A DNA stretch of 63,987 nucleotides, counting the filler. It is 9 parts of 9 records of this genome, joined end to end, with 100 filler letters (N's around TTAATTAATTAA, not from the genome) between each part and the next. Parts side by side here need not be neighbours in the genome. Positions count along the whole stretch, not along the records: positions 10,304 to 17,122 come from DRR723986_21923; positions 17,223 to 22,729 come from DRR723986_21961; 7 more parts are not named here. One strand, given 5' to 3'. The notes beneath the pieces were generated by a model, which had not been told where the DNA came from, made no database searches, and saw only the letters and a list, made by a program, of their open reading frames with translations. Of this stretch, positions 10,304 through 19,765 are shown one piece after another; position 1 is the stretch's first letter; each line of letters begins with the position of its first letter. The position numbers were made by a program, and so were the translations under genes.

Positions 10304-10610
10304 CATCTGCCACGCGGGCGCGCTGGTGAACGGGACGACCATCACGCGGGTTCCGCTGTCCGAGATGGGCGAGAGCTACACGGTCTACCATATCGAAACC
10401 GAGGCCCACGAGATCATCCTCGCCAACGGCGCCCCTGCCGAGACCTTCATCGATAACGTCTCCCGCCGTGTCTTCGACAACTACGCGGAGTTCGAGGCGC
10501 TCTATGGCGACGTGCAGGAAATGGAGGAACTGCCCTACCCCCGCGCCATGTCTGCCCGGCAGGTGCCGGACCGGATCAAGGCGAGCCTTGGACGCGCTAT
10601 AGCAGCCTGA
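10304..10610 (+). CDS. Hint (BIL/Hint_2-like) domain protein, C-terminal part
   Basis: ALVNGTTI...VYHIETEAHEIILANGAPAETF pattern typical of alphaproteobacterial Hint domains. Confidence 0.82.
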
Positions 10611-10710
10611 CCGACATTCCATCGGTATCAGACCTCAGCCCCGTGACCTCCGGACGACAGGGCTTACCAATGGCTTGCATCGGGCGGCCAAACCTGACCA
10701 TCTGCGGCCC

Positions 10711-11451
10711 ATGCGACTCTATGCGATCGGAGATGTTCACGGCCATCCGGACCTGCTGCGTGACGCACTGGACCGGATCGAGACTGACCGCGCCCGGACC
10801 GGCGACCCCGCCGCGCCGGTGGTGCAGATCGGCGATCTGGTGGATCGCGGGCCGGAAAGCCGGGCTGTTGTGCAGGCGCTGATGGACCTGACGGCGCGCG
10901 ACCCGCGCGTGACGGTTCTGAAGGGCAATCACGACAACATGTTCGCTCTGTTCCTCGAAACCCCGCCACGGCCTGACCCGCGTCTGCGACCAGGTCTGAC
11001 CTGGCTGCACCCACGGCTTGGTGGGCTGGATACGCTGGCAAGCTATGGGGTGAATCCGGAACTCTCTGCAGACCGGTTGCACACCGAAGCACAGCGCGCC
11101 GTCCCTCAGGCGCATCGGGATTTCCTGAACGCCCTGCCAGTGTCCGTGAGCTATGGAGACTGTCTGCTGGTGCATGCCGGCATCCGCCCCGGCATCCCTC
11201 TGGCAGCGCAGGAGCCGAGCGATCTTTACTGGATTCGCCAGGAATTCCTCGACGACGCACGCGACCACGGGCCCCTTGTCATCCACGGTCACACCCCCGT
11301 GGACCGGGTCGAACATCACGGCAACCGGCTGGCCATCGACACCGGTGCAGCCTATGGCGGGCCTTTGTCCGCCGTTGTCATCGAAGGGCGGCAAGCCTTC
11401 CTTCTGACCCCGGATGGACGCCAGGAAATCCGCCCCGATGCCGCCGCGTGA
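10711..11451 (+). CDS. Metallophosphoesterase (PPP Ser/Thr phosphatase-like)
   Basis: GDVHG, GDLVDRG, GNHD, HAG, HGHT and IDTG motifs. Confidence 0.92.
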   Translation: MRLYAIGDVHGHPDLLRDALDRIETDRARTGDPAAPVVQIGDLVDRGPESRAVVQALMDLTARDPRVTVLKGNHDNMFALFLETPPRPDPRLRPGLTWLHPRLGGLDTLASYGVNPELSADRLHTEAQRAVPQAHRDFLNALPVSVSYGDCLLVHAGIRPGIPLAAQEPSDLYWIRQEFLDDARDHGPLVIHGHTPVDRVEHHGNRLAIDTGAAYGGPLSAVVIEGRQAFLLTPDGRQEIRPDAAA

Positions 11452-12319
11452 CCTGTTCCTGATCGGGCTGGTGGTGCTGGCCTGGGGCAGCAATTTCACC
11501 GCGATGAAGCTGGCATTGGAAGAGGTGCCACCGTTCCTGTTCGTGGGCCTGCGCTTTGCCATCCTGCTGCCGCTGCTGTGCGTGCTGAAAAGGCCAAAGG
11601 TGCCGTGGTGGAAGATCGTCGCCGTCGGCGCGCTGATCAATATGGGGCAGTTTGCCTTTCTGTTTGCGGCGCTGGAGGCGGATGCCACGGCGGGGTTGGC
11701 CTCGTTGCTGATTCAGACGCAGGTTCCGCTGACCATCCTTTTGTCATTTCTGGTGTTCGGAGAACGGATTCGATCCCGTCAGGCAGCGGGCCTGCTGGTC
11801 GCAATGACGGGTCTTGGGGTGTTCGCCCTGTCAGCAGGCGGAAACGTGACGCTTCTGGGCCTTTGTCTTATCCTGATGGGGGCGCTTTGCTGGGCGCTTG
11901 GCAATCTGCTGTTGCGGCGCATGGGGCCGGTGAACACGCTGGCGCTGTTTGCTTGGGCCTGTCTGGTGCCCCCCCTGCCGATGCTGGCGCTGTCGGCCCT
12001 GGTGGAAGGTGCGGCCCCCTTCGCCACTCTGTCGGCGATAAGCGTGCAGGGCTGGCTGGCGGTGTTCTATGTGGCGCTGGCCTCGACCGTATTGGGGTAT
12101 TCCCTGTGGGGCGCTTTGCTGGCACGCCACCCTGCATCTACCGTCACACCCTTTGCACTGCTGATCCCGGTTGTCGGGCTGACTGTCGCTGCGGTGGTTC
12201 TTGGGGAACGACCCACGCCGATGGATCTGGTCGGGACTGCCATCATTCTTGCAGGGCTTGCCCTGATGCAGCTTCGCCCCCGTCGCGACCCGACGCCGTC
12301 GCGTCGCACGCGCCTATAG
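11438..12319 (+). CDS. EamA/DMT family exporter
   Basis: About 10 TM segments in two EamA repeats (WGSNF, GLRF, PFALLIPV, LGE). Confidence 0.9.
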   Translation: MPPRDLFLIGLVVLAWGSNFTAMKLALEEVPPFLFVGLRFAILLPLLCVLKRPKVPWWKIVAVGALINMGQFAFLFAALEADATAGLASLLIQTQVPLTILLSFLVFGERIRSRQAAGLLVAMTGLGVFALSAGGNVTLLGLCLILMGALCWALGNLLLRRMGPVNTLALFAWACLVPPLPMLALSALVEGAAPFATLSAISVQGWLAVFYVALASTVLGYSLWGALLARHPASTVTPFALLIPVVGLTVAAVVLGERPTPMDLVGTAIILAGLALMQLRPRRDPTPSRRTRL

Positions 12320-12409
12320 GAAGGCCTGCCCGTGCAGCCTATAAGTGCTATCGTATGTCCTGCTTTCGCCTGTTCAAGCCCCGCCAACCGCCTTGCAGAG
12401 GATTGACCG

Positions 12410-13102
12410 ATGCGCCGTTCCAGACGAGACTTGGCCCCGGCCGAACCGTTGGTCCCCGGCACCCCGTTGGAGGACGCGGCCCTGACCCGCGCCGGGATGG
12501 CGGCGGCAGGCAAGGGCAAAATCCTGCTTCTGGCCTGCGGCGCACTGGCCCATGAGATCGTGGCCCTGAAACGGATCAACCATTGGGATCACCTCGACCT
12601 GCACTGCCTGCCCGCCATCCTGCATAACAGCCCCGAACGCATCCCCGACGCGGTGGAAGCGGCCGTGTGCAAGCATCGAGAACAATATGAGAGTGTTTTC
12701 GTGGTCTATGCAGATTGTGGCACCGGCGGGCTGTTGCAGGCCCGCTGCGCGGCGCTTGGGGTCGAGATGCTGCAAGGCCCGCATTGCTATTCCTTCTTCG
12801 AAGGCAATCTGGCCTTCGCAGAGCGGGCCGAGGACGAGATTACCGCCTTCTATCTCACCGATTTTCTGGTGCGTCAGTTCGATGCCTTCGTGACCAAGCC
12901 TTTGGGGCTCGACCGGCATCCGGGCCTTCGGGACATGTACTTTGGGAACTATACGAAACTGGTTTATCAAGCGCAGACCAAGAACCCGGATCTTCTAGAG
13001 AAAGCAAAGGCCTGCGCGGAATTCCTACAGTTGGATTTCGAACACCGGTTTACCGGCTATGGCGACCTTGCGACGGAACTGGACACCGTTTCACGCCGGT
13101 GA
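12410..13102 (+). CDS. DUF1638 domain protein
   Basis: LACGALAHE, CLPAILHN, YADCGTGG, GPHCY and FYLTDFL motifs. Confidence 0.8.
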   Translation: MRRSRRDLAPAEPLVPGTPLEDAALTRAGMAAAGKGKILLLACGALAHEIVALKRINHWDHLDLHCLPAILHNSPERIPDAVEAAVCKHREQYESVFVVYADCGTGGLLQARCAALGVEMLQGPHCYSFFEGNLAFAERAEDEITAFYLTDFLVRQFDAFVTKPLGLDRHPGLRDMYFGNYTKLVYQAQTKNPDLLEKAKACAEFLQLDFEHRFTGYGDLATELDTVSRR

Positions 13103-13136
13103 TCCCGGGCAGGGAAACCGCATGCAAGCGCCTTTG

Positions 13137-13574
13137 TCACGCCTGGCCTTCAGCGGCGGTCTGACCGGCCAGCAGGCGAATCCGCTCGACCATCGCGCGC
13201 AATCCGTTCGACCGCTGTGAAGACAGGTGATCGTTCAGTCCCAGCCGAGCCAACTCGCCACCTGCATCAACCTTCAGAACCTCGGCCACGCTCAACCCGG
13301 AATAGAGCGCATGAAGCACCGCGATCAACCCGCGCACGATCATCGCATCGCTGTCGCCCCGGAAGCGAAACACCGCGCCAGGCCCATTTCCCTCGATCTC
13401 GGGCAGAATCCAGACCTGGCTGGCGCAGCCATCGACCTTGGTCGCGGGCACACGAAACGCGTCCTCCAGCGGGTCCATCGCCTTGCCAAGCTCGATCACA
13501 TGGCGATAGCGCTCTTCCCAGTCGTCGAGAAACTCGAACGTATCGGCAATCTCTTCGAAGGCGTCCGTGGCCAT
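13137..13574 (-). CDS. sufE: Fe-S sulfur-transfer protein SufE
   Basis: KVDGCASQVW, DSDAMIVRG and HLSSQRSNGL motifs. Confidence 0.93.
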   Translation of the reverse strand: MATDAFEEIADTFEFLDDWEERYRHVIELGKAMDPLEDAFRVPATKVDGCASQVWILPEIEGNGPGAVFRFRGDSDAMIVRGLIAVLHALYSGLSVAEVLKVDAGGELARLGLNDHLSSQRSNGLRAMVERIRLLAGQTAAEGQA

Positions 13575-13693
13575 GCTCGTCTCCGTCTGATGTTCGCCAC
13601 AGACCTAGGGCGATGCGCCTCAAAGGTCCAGAGGCGCTTTTCAACCTGTCCTCAATGCGCTAGGCAAGTGCAGATGACAGGCGGAGACAGTCG

Positions 13694-14152
13694 ATGACCC
13701 CTCGCATTCTGATGGCCCTTCTTGTGGTGGTGCTTGGCCTGACCGGCTGTGCGTCGCGGCTCAATCCCATGAACTGGTTCGGTCGTGACCGCGAAGAGCG
13801 TGTCCAGATCAGCGACACCGTGATTGCCGCACCGGTCGATGACCGGCAACTGGTGTCCGAGGTGATCAGCCTCAGCGTCGACCCCTTGCCCGGTGGCGCC
13901 ATCATTCGCGCCATGGGCCTGCCCCCGCGCCAGGGCTTCTGGGAGGCTGACCTGGTCGAGGTTGGCCGCGAGAACGGAGAGCTTGTGTTCGAGTTCCGCG
14001 TCTATCGCCCCGCCGATCCCAACACCCGCACCGGCACCCAGAGATCGCGTGAAATCCTGGCAGGAACATCGCTGTCCACCCAGGATCTGGCCGGCATTCG
14101 CCAGATCGTTGTGGTTGCGCAACAAAACCGCCGCAGCGTCAGTCGACGCTGA
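13694..14152 (+). CDS. Hypothetical lipoprotein
   Basis: Lipobox LTGC followed by SRLNPMNWFG; GGAG RBS. Confidence 0.8.
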   Translation: MTPRILMALLVVVLGLTGCASRLNPMNWFGRDREERVQISDTVIAAPVDDRQLVSEVISLSVDPLPGGAIIRAMGLPPRQGFWEADLVEVGRENGELVFEFRVYRPADPNTRTGTQRSREILAGTSLSTQDLAGIRQIVVVAQQNRRSVSRR

Positions 14153-14183
14153 GCTCACAACAATTGCTGACGTAAATCAGGAC

Positions 14184-14221
14184 TTTGGGGCCTGCGATTC
14201 CCATTTGCAGGCGTCCCCAAA
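14184..14221. terminator. Hairpin between convergent lipoprotein gene and rnd
   Basis: TTTGGGGCCTGC...GCAGGCGTCCCCAAA. Confidence 0.5.
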
Positions 14222-14321
14222 CACGCCTGTCACGCATATCCCGACAGTCACCCTGTCCCCGCCCGCAGCGCGCCTGCTGAACAGGCGGCACAGGCCTTTG
14301 CGCCGCAGCTCGGGTTCGGTG

Positions 14322-15485
14322 TTACTGAAGCGATACGATCTTCACCCTTTGGCCCTTGGCCGACAGGGCAATCTCTCCATTGCAAAGCCGCAGCGCATCC
14401 TTGCCGAAAACCTCCAGCCGCCAGCCATGCGCCCACAGCCCGTCACGACCGCCACAGGCGATATCGTCAAGATCTGCGCTGGATGCGATCAGCTTCTGAG
14501 CGACTCCTGCATCCTCTGCCTTGGCCTTGAGCAGCACCCTCAGCAAATCGGACAGGGCCGGGTTCAGCGCCGATCTGTCGGGCGCGCGGGCTGCCTTGGG
14601 ATGCTCGGACGCGGGCATTTCCATCCCGCGCCTGACCGCCTCCAGAATCCCGTCCGCGATATCGCCCTTGCGGCCTTCGCGTTGCAAAAGGCGCGACTTG
14701 CCAAGATCCTGCGCGCTTCGCGGCTTGGTCGAGGCCAGTTCGAGCAGCACATCGTCCTTCATGATCCGGTTGCGCGGCACATTTCGGGTCTGCGCCGTGT
14801 TTTCGCGGAACTCGGCCAGCTCTTTCAGCACGGCCAGGAACTTGCCTGAATTGGTCCGCGTCTTGACCCGTTTCCATGCATCGGCGGGGGTCACGACATA
14901 GGCGTCGTGATTGGTCAGAACCTTCAGTTCCTCTTCCATCCACGCGGTGCGCCCGGTGCGCTGCAACTCTTTCGACAGGTATTCGTAGATCTGGCGCAGA
15001 TGCGTCACATCTGCCAGCGCATAAGTCTTCTGCGCCTCTGACAGTGGTCGGCGCGACCAGTCAGTAAAACGGCTCGATTTGTCGAGGCTGGCCTTGGCGA
15101 TCTTGCGCACCAGCGTCTCATAACCCACCTGCTCGCCAAATCCGCAGACCATGGCGGCAACCTGAGTATCGAACAGCGGGATCGGCATCACATCGCCATC
15201 GACATGGAAAATCTCCAGATCCTGCCGGGCGGCATGGAAAACCTTGACCACCGCAGGGTTCCGGAACAGCTCGTAAAGCGGTTCCAGCGACAAACCTTCG
15301 GCCAGCGGATCCACCAACACCGCATCGGCCTCATCGGTGCCCGGCAAGGCCAGCTGCACAAGGCAAAGCTGCGCGAAATAGGTCCGTTCCCTCAGGAACT
15401 CGGTATCGACAGTGACATAGGAAGCGGCAGCGGCGCGGGCACAGAAGGCGGCCAGCGCCTCGGTCGTGGTCAGGGTCTGGGGCAA
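14322..15485 (-). CDS. rnd: Ribonuclease D
   Basis: DTEFLRERTY, KVFHAARQD, FDTQVAA, TDWSRRPL and YALADV motifs plus HRDC domain; start placed at TTG 15485 after AAGAAGGA. Confidence 0.93.
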   Translation of the reverse strand: MPQTLTTTEALAAFCARAAAASYVTVDTEFLRERTYFAQLCLVQLALPGTDEADAVLVDPLAEGLSLEPLYELFRNPAVVKVFHAARQDLEIFHVDGDVMPIPLFDTQVAAMVCGFGEQVGYETLVRKIAKASLDKSSRFTDWSRRPLSEAQKTYALADVTHLRQIYEYLSKELQRTGRTAWMEEELKVLTNHDAYVVTPADAWKRVKTRTNSGKFLAVLKELAEFRENTAQTRNVPRNRIMKDDVLLELASTKPRSAQDLGKSRLLQREGRKGDIADGILEAVRRGMEMPASEHPKAARAPDRSALNPALSDLLRVLLKAKAEDAGVAQKLIASSADLDDIACGGRDGLWAHGWRLEVFGKDALRLCNGEIALSAKGQRVKIVSLQ

Positions 15486-15757
15486 AAATGTGCCATCCTT
15501 CTTGTTCTTGCATTTGGCGGGACATCCGCCGGTTCGCCCGTGATAGGCCAGCCCGCCGGGAATGAAAAGACCGCAGCTCGCCCCCATTCTTCTTGGACCA
15601 AATACTCTCGCCGAAGGCATCCGCCCTAACCGCCGTCCCCATGAAAGCTCAGGCGCGGCGCAGGGTCCGCCGTCCATGGCAATGCGGCGCGAGGAGGGCT
15701 CCAGAGGAGCCTGACGAGCGGCGCTCCCGGGTCGATGCCGTCAGGCAGCGAAACCGC

Positions 15758-16351
15758 TCAGGGCAGCAGAACCGGCGTCCTGTCACCCTGTGCAAAGCGC
15801 CGCAGGACCGCCGGGTACAGCAGATGTTCCTGCACCAGCACCCGCGCGGCAAGGCTGTCCGGCGTGTCATCGGCCAAAACCGGCACCTGTGCCTGGCCCA
15901 AAATCGGGCCCTCATCGAGTTCCGGCGTCACCTCGTGCACGGTGCAGCCATGTTCCACATCCCCCGCCTCCAGGGCACGGGCGTGGGTATGCAGGCCCCG
16001 ATATTTCGGCAACAGCGACGGGTGGATATTCAGCATCCGCCCGGCATACCGGCCCACGAAGCCTTCTGTCAGCACCCGCATGAACCCCGCAAGGCACAGG
16101 ATATCGGGCTCAGCCGCATCCACGACCCGCGCCAGTTCCAGCTCGAACGCCGCCCGGTCGCCCTTGAAGGGGCGATGGTCCACCACGGCGGTCGGAATGC
16201 CCATGGCGCGGGCCTTTTCCAACCCGCCCACTCCGGGAACATTGGACAGCACCAGACAGGGCCGCGCGGGGTGATCGCCCGTCATGCTTTCGGCAAGCGA
16301 GACCATGTTGGACCCGCCCCCCGACAACAGGATCGCAACCCGTTTCGTCAC
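15758..16351 (-). CDS. purN: Phosphoribosylglycinamide formyltransferase
   Basis: [26 protein letters not shown] and LDEGPI motifs. Confidence 0.96.
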   Translation of the reverse strand: MTKRVAILLSGGGSNMVSLAESMTGDHPARPCLVLSNVPGVGGLEKARAMGIPTAVVDHRPFKGDRAAFELELARVVDAAEPDILCLAGFMRVLTEGFVGRYAGRMLNIHPSLLPKYRGLHTHARALEAGDVEHGCTVHEVTPELDEGPILGQAQVPVLADDTPDSLAARVLVQEHLLYPAVLRRFAQGDRTPVLLP

Positions 16352-17122
16352 TTCAGCATCCCGGAATAGCGGATGCCCGCACCGTTCGTGACGGTTCCAA
16401 GCCGCGCCACGGTTTCACCTTCGCCTGCCAACAGCGCGGCAATCTCTTCGGCACGATCCGCGGCCACCACAACCACCATACCGATGCCGGAGTTGAAGGT
16501 CTTCAGCATCTCGGCTTCATCCAGCCCGCCCTCGGCCATCAGCCAGGCAAAGACCGGCGGCAACGACCAAGCGTTCAGGTCGATCTCGGCCCCCAGCCCG
16601 TCGGGCAGCACCCTAGGCAGGTTCTCGGTCAGGCCACCGCCGGTGATATGGGCCAGCGCATGAACGCCCCCTGCCCGCACAGCCGCAAGCGCCTGGCGCA
16701 CATAAAGACGCGTCGGCGCCAACAATTCCCGGCCGAGGCTGTCACCACCAAAAGGCGATGCCGCGTCCCATGCCAGACCAGAGCGTTCGACGATCCGGCG
16801 CACCAGCGAATAGCCGTTGGAATGCACCCCGTCAGAGCCAAGCCCAAGCAGCACATCGCCCTCGCCCACGCCCTCCGGCAAGGACGCGCCGCGTTCCATT
16901 GCGCCAACGGAGAAGCCCGCAAGGTCAAAGTCGCCGGGCGCATACATGCCCGGCATTTCCGCCGTTTCCCCGCCGATCAGCGCACAACCGGACCGTTTGC
17001 AGCCCTCGGCGATGCCTTCGATGATCGTGGCGGCGTCGGATACGTCCAGCTTGCCGGTGGCAAAATAGTCGAGAAAGAACAGCGGTTCGGCCCCCTGACA
17101 GACCAGATCGTTGACGCACATG
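16348..17122 (-). CDS. purM: AIR synthase, 5'-truncated
   Basis: [30 protein letters not shown] and TFNSGIG motifs. Confidence 0.96.
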
Positions 17123-17222
17123 NNNNNNNNNNNNNNNNNNNNNNNNNNNNNNNNNNNNNNNNNNNNTTAATTAATTAANNNNNNNNNNNNNNNNNNNNNN
17201 NNNNNNNNNNNNNNNNNNNNNN
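17123..17222. other. Artificial contig spacer 3
   Basis: N-run with TTAATTAATTAA. Confidence 0.99.
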
Positions 17223-17823
17223 AGTTCTCGACGAATTCCCACGGCAGGTGCGACTGAACGAGCGGCACGTAACCGGCTTCCTTCAGCTTCGGAGCGATTG
17301 CTTCGAATTCTTCGTAGGTCTTCGGAGCTTCGACACCGGCCTTCTTCATTGCATCGTCGTTGATGTAGAGGATCGGAGCGGAGGAGTTGAACGGCATGCC
17401 GATCATCTTGCCGTTGCTGTCGGCATAGAAATAACGGACACCGGCGATGTAATCTTCGATGTTGAACTCGGCACCGCTCTCGTTGAGCAGGTCTTCAACC
17501 GGAACGACAGCACCCTTGGCACCGATAATGGTGGCGGCGCCAGCGTCGAACACCTGCAGGATGTTCGGCTGTTCGCCAGCGCGGAACGCTGCGATACCGG
17601 CGGTCAGGGTTTCTTCGTAGGTGCCCTTGAATACCGGCGTGATCTGGCAGGCGTCCTGGGATCCGTTGTAGCCGTTGGAAATTTCGACAACCACTTCGCC
17701 GAGCTTGCCGCCCATGGCGTGCCACCAGGTGATGTCAGTGGCCGCATAAGAAGCGGAGGACGTGCCCAGGAGGGCGGCCGCAGCCACGAGGCTGGCGACG
17801 GTCTTGCGATAAGCCATGTTCAT
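17223..17823 (-). CDS. ugpB: sn-glycerol-3-phosphate ABC transporter substrate-binding protein, 3'-truncated
   Basis: Signal peptide; ITWWHAMGG, KGTYEE, AAFRAGEQP, QVFDAG and MPFNSS motifs. Confidence 0.85.
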
Positions 17824-17938
17824 TTGCTCCCATCTAGCAGGGCGTCTTTGCCCCGGTCAGCAGTTGGTTCTCTCTCGGTGCCGAAATGGCTTCATCGGCA
17901 CCCGAAACGATAACGCCTGCGTTTCGTATTGTTTTCAT

Positions 17939-17967
17939 ATGAACGTTATATGACGCTCATATGAACA
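17939..17967 (-). promoter_or_regulatory. Putative PhoB box array upstream of ugpB
   Basis: Minus strand reads TGTTCAT-N4-GCGTCAT-N4-CGTTCAT: three half-sites at an 11-bp period. Confidence 0.6.
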
Positions 17968-18325
17968 TTAAAAGACGCCTTGACCGCGTCCGCAAGAGGG
18001 AACGCAGGAAATTTGAAGAATCCCGGCCCTTGATGGGATCCAGGGCTGCATTTCCGGCGGAAGCCAAGTTCTCATCCGACAGTAAAAGCGTGCCCCCGGA
18101 CACGGCTCCACCCTTGCCGCAATCCCGGCTAATGCTGGACTTTTTGCAGAATTTAGTTGGCTCATATGAAACTGTTCAGTCGTTCATATGAACTCTTGGT
18201 GACATTCACCGGCCTGTGGAAAGTGCAGATTTTTTCAATCGCCTGCAGGCCCGAAGCCGGAGCTGCGGACCCGGCAAGGCACTTTGCGGGTGCTTGTCAG
18301 ATACCTTTATGACGCTTTTGGCGCC

Positions 18326-19018
18326 TCAGGCGTCCTGTCCGAAGATCCGGCGTTTCGTGCTTTCGGAGGAATGCAGGATCTTGTTGTGGAGATAATGCTT
18401 GGCCCGCTTCTCCAGAAACCGGAAGGCGTATTCCAGCTTGCCCTTGAGGCTCCGCCGGGGCTTCGGCCCTGGCGTCAGGTGTTTGTGGATCCGCCCCTCG
18501 TCGCAGAGCTGCTGGACCCACTGCTTTTCCGCATCCCAGTCGTGGGTGTGCTGCTTGCCCTGATGGGTGAAGCCGAAGAGGTGAATTTCGGCGTCCGGCA
18601 GAACATCCAGGAATTCGGCGATGATGGACGCGCCCGATGTCGGGTTGCTGCGGTCGAACGGATCGAATCTCTTCAGGTGTTCCCGCGCCTTGTTCGTTGG
18701 GCCGAAGCCGAGATAGCGCGGCTTGCATTCGCGCGCGAACAGCCAGTCGACCTCGCCGTTCTCCTTTATGTCGTTCACCCAGACTTCCGGCGCGCGTTCC
18801 AGGGCAAGCGGGTTGATCCGCTTCGACATATAGACCCGGGCCCGGTTGAGCATCAGAACGTCGACCCGCTGGCCCGCAACCCCGAGGGCCGGCGCACTGT
18901 TGAAGCGCAGCACCAGGTCCGCCTTGTCGATTTCCGGCGCATCGGCCTCGGAAATCGGTCCGTTGCCGACGATGGAAATCGTCCTGATCTTCCGGCCGTC
19001 CAGAAGGCTGCTGGTCAT
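18326..19018 (-). CDS. Glycosyltransferase family 29-like (sialyltransferase-like) protein
   Basis: IVGNG...EIDKADLVLRFNSAP (motif L-like), PTSG...IHLFGF (S-like) and HDWDAE (VS-like); start at ATG 19018. Confidence 0.68.
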   Translation of the reverse strand: MTSSLLDGRKIRTISIVGNGPISEADAPEIDKADLVLRFNSAPALGVAGQRVDVLMLNRARVYMSKRINPLALERAPEVWVNDIKENGEVDWLFARECKPRYLGFGPTNKAREHLKRFDPFDRSNPTSGASIIAEFLDVLPDAEIHLFGFTHQGKQHTHDWDAEKQWVQQLCDEGRIHKHLTPGPKPRRSLKGKLEYAFRFLEKRAKHYLHNKILHSSESTKRRIFGQDA

Positions 19019-19168
19019 TGGTGCTTTCCTGCCTGTTGTGCCGGGCGTATAGCAACCCGGCTCGTGCCCGGCAACGGCTGTTTGGAATGGATACTGACCG
19101 TATCCGGTTCCGCAAACAGCTTCCATGAGTTAGGCTTTGCTCAACCGATTGCTACAGACGATCCTTGC

Positions 19169-19765
19169 ATGTCCTTGAAATTTTCCTCCGTCTTTCCGTT
19201 GAAACACGCCCGCGCGCACGAAGTGTGCGGCGACAGCGCGTTGAGCTTTGCCGCGATCGCCGCCGGAATGGCCAAGGGGGCCGTCGTGTGGATTTCGGAA
19301 GACTGGCGCCCGACGGTGAACCCGGAAGGCCTTGCGGCCTACTGCGATCCGGGCCGGCTGCTTCTGACCCGCGCCGGCAACCAGCTGACTGCTCTGGCAA
19401 GTGCGGAAACCGCGCTCAGGTCCGGCGCCGCCGGGCTGGTGGTGGCTGAACTTTCCGGCACCGTCGGACTGACGGAGGGCCGCCGGCTGCAGCTGGCGGC
19501 CGAGGCCGGACGCACCACGGCCATCCTGCTGATCCCGGAAGGCGCGGGCAGCAATGCCGCCGAAACCCGCTGGCGCAGCACCTGTCTTCCGGCCCAATCC
19601 GCCCCCTCTTCCGGTCTTGCACCGGAGCCTCGTCAAAATGGTCACGACTCGACTCATTGGCGCTGGTCGCTTATAAAGAACAAAATAGGAACATTATCGG
19701 AATGGGTAGTACGTTGGGATGCAGCGGCGCATCGTGTCATTGTGGTTTCCGAGGCTGGCGGCTGA
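19169..19765 (+). CDS. imuA: ImuA-like mutagenesis protein
   Basis: RAHEVCG, ETALRSG, RRLQLAAEAG and AAETRWR motifs; overlaps imuB. The track ORF 18284-19765 over-extends the 5' end. Confidence 0.85.
   Translation: MSLKFSSVFPLKHARAHEVCGDSALSFAAIAAGMAKGAVVWISEDWRPTVNPEGLAAYCDPGRLLLTRAGNQLTALASAETALRSGAAGLVVAELSGTVGLTEGRRLQLAAEAGRTTAILLIPEGAGSNAAETRWRSTCLPAQSAPSSGLAPEPRQNGHDSTHWRWSLIKNKIGTLSEWVVRWDAAAHRVIVVSEAGG
19678..19692 (+). promoter_or_regulatory. Alphaproteobacterial LexA (SOS) box inside imuA CDS
   Basis: GAAC-AAAATAG-GAAC is a perfect GAAC-N7-GAAC, ending 26 nt before the imuB ATG. Confidence 0.75.

Noticed and set aside
15486..15677. N-terminal extension of RNase D in the ORF track
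   Set aside because: Runs through intergenic/repeat sequence; the family N-terminus and RBS fit TTG 15485.
18284..19168. Apparent 493-aa ImuA fusion
   Set aside because: The first ~295 codons are largely the antisense of the GT29-like gene; ImuA similarity begins at ATG 19169.
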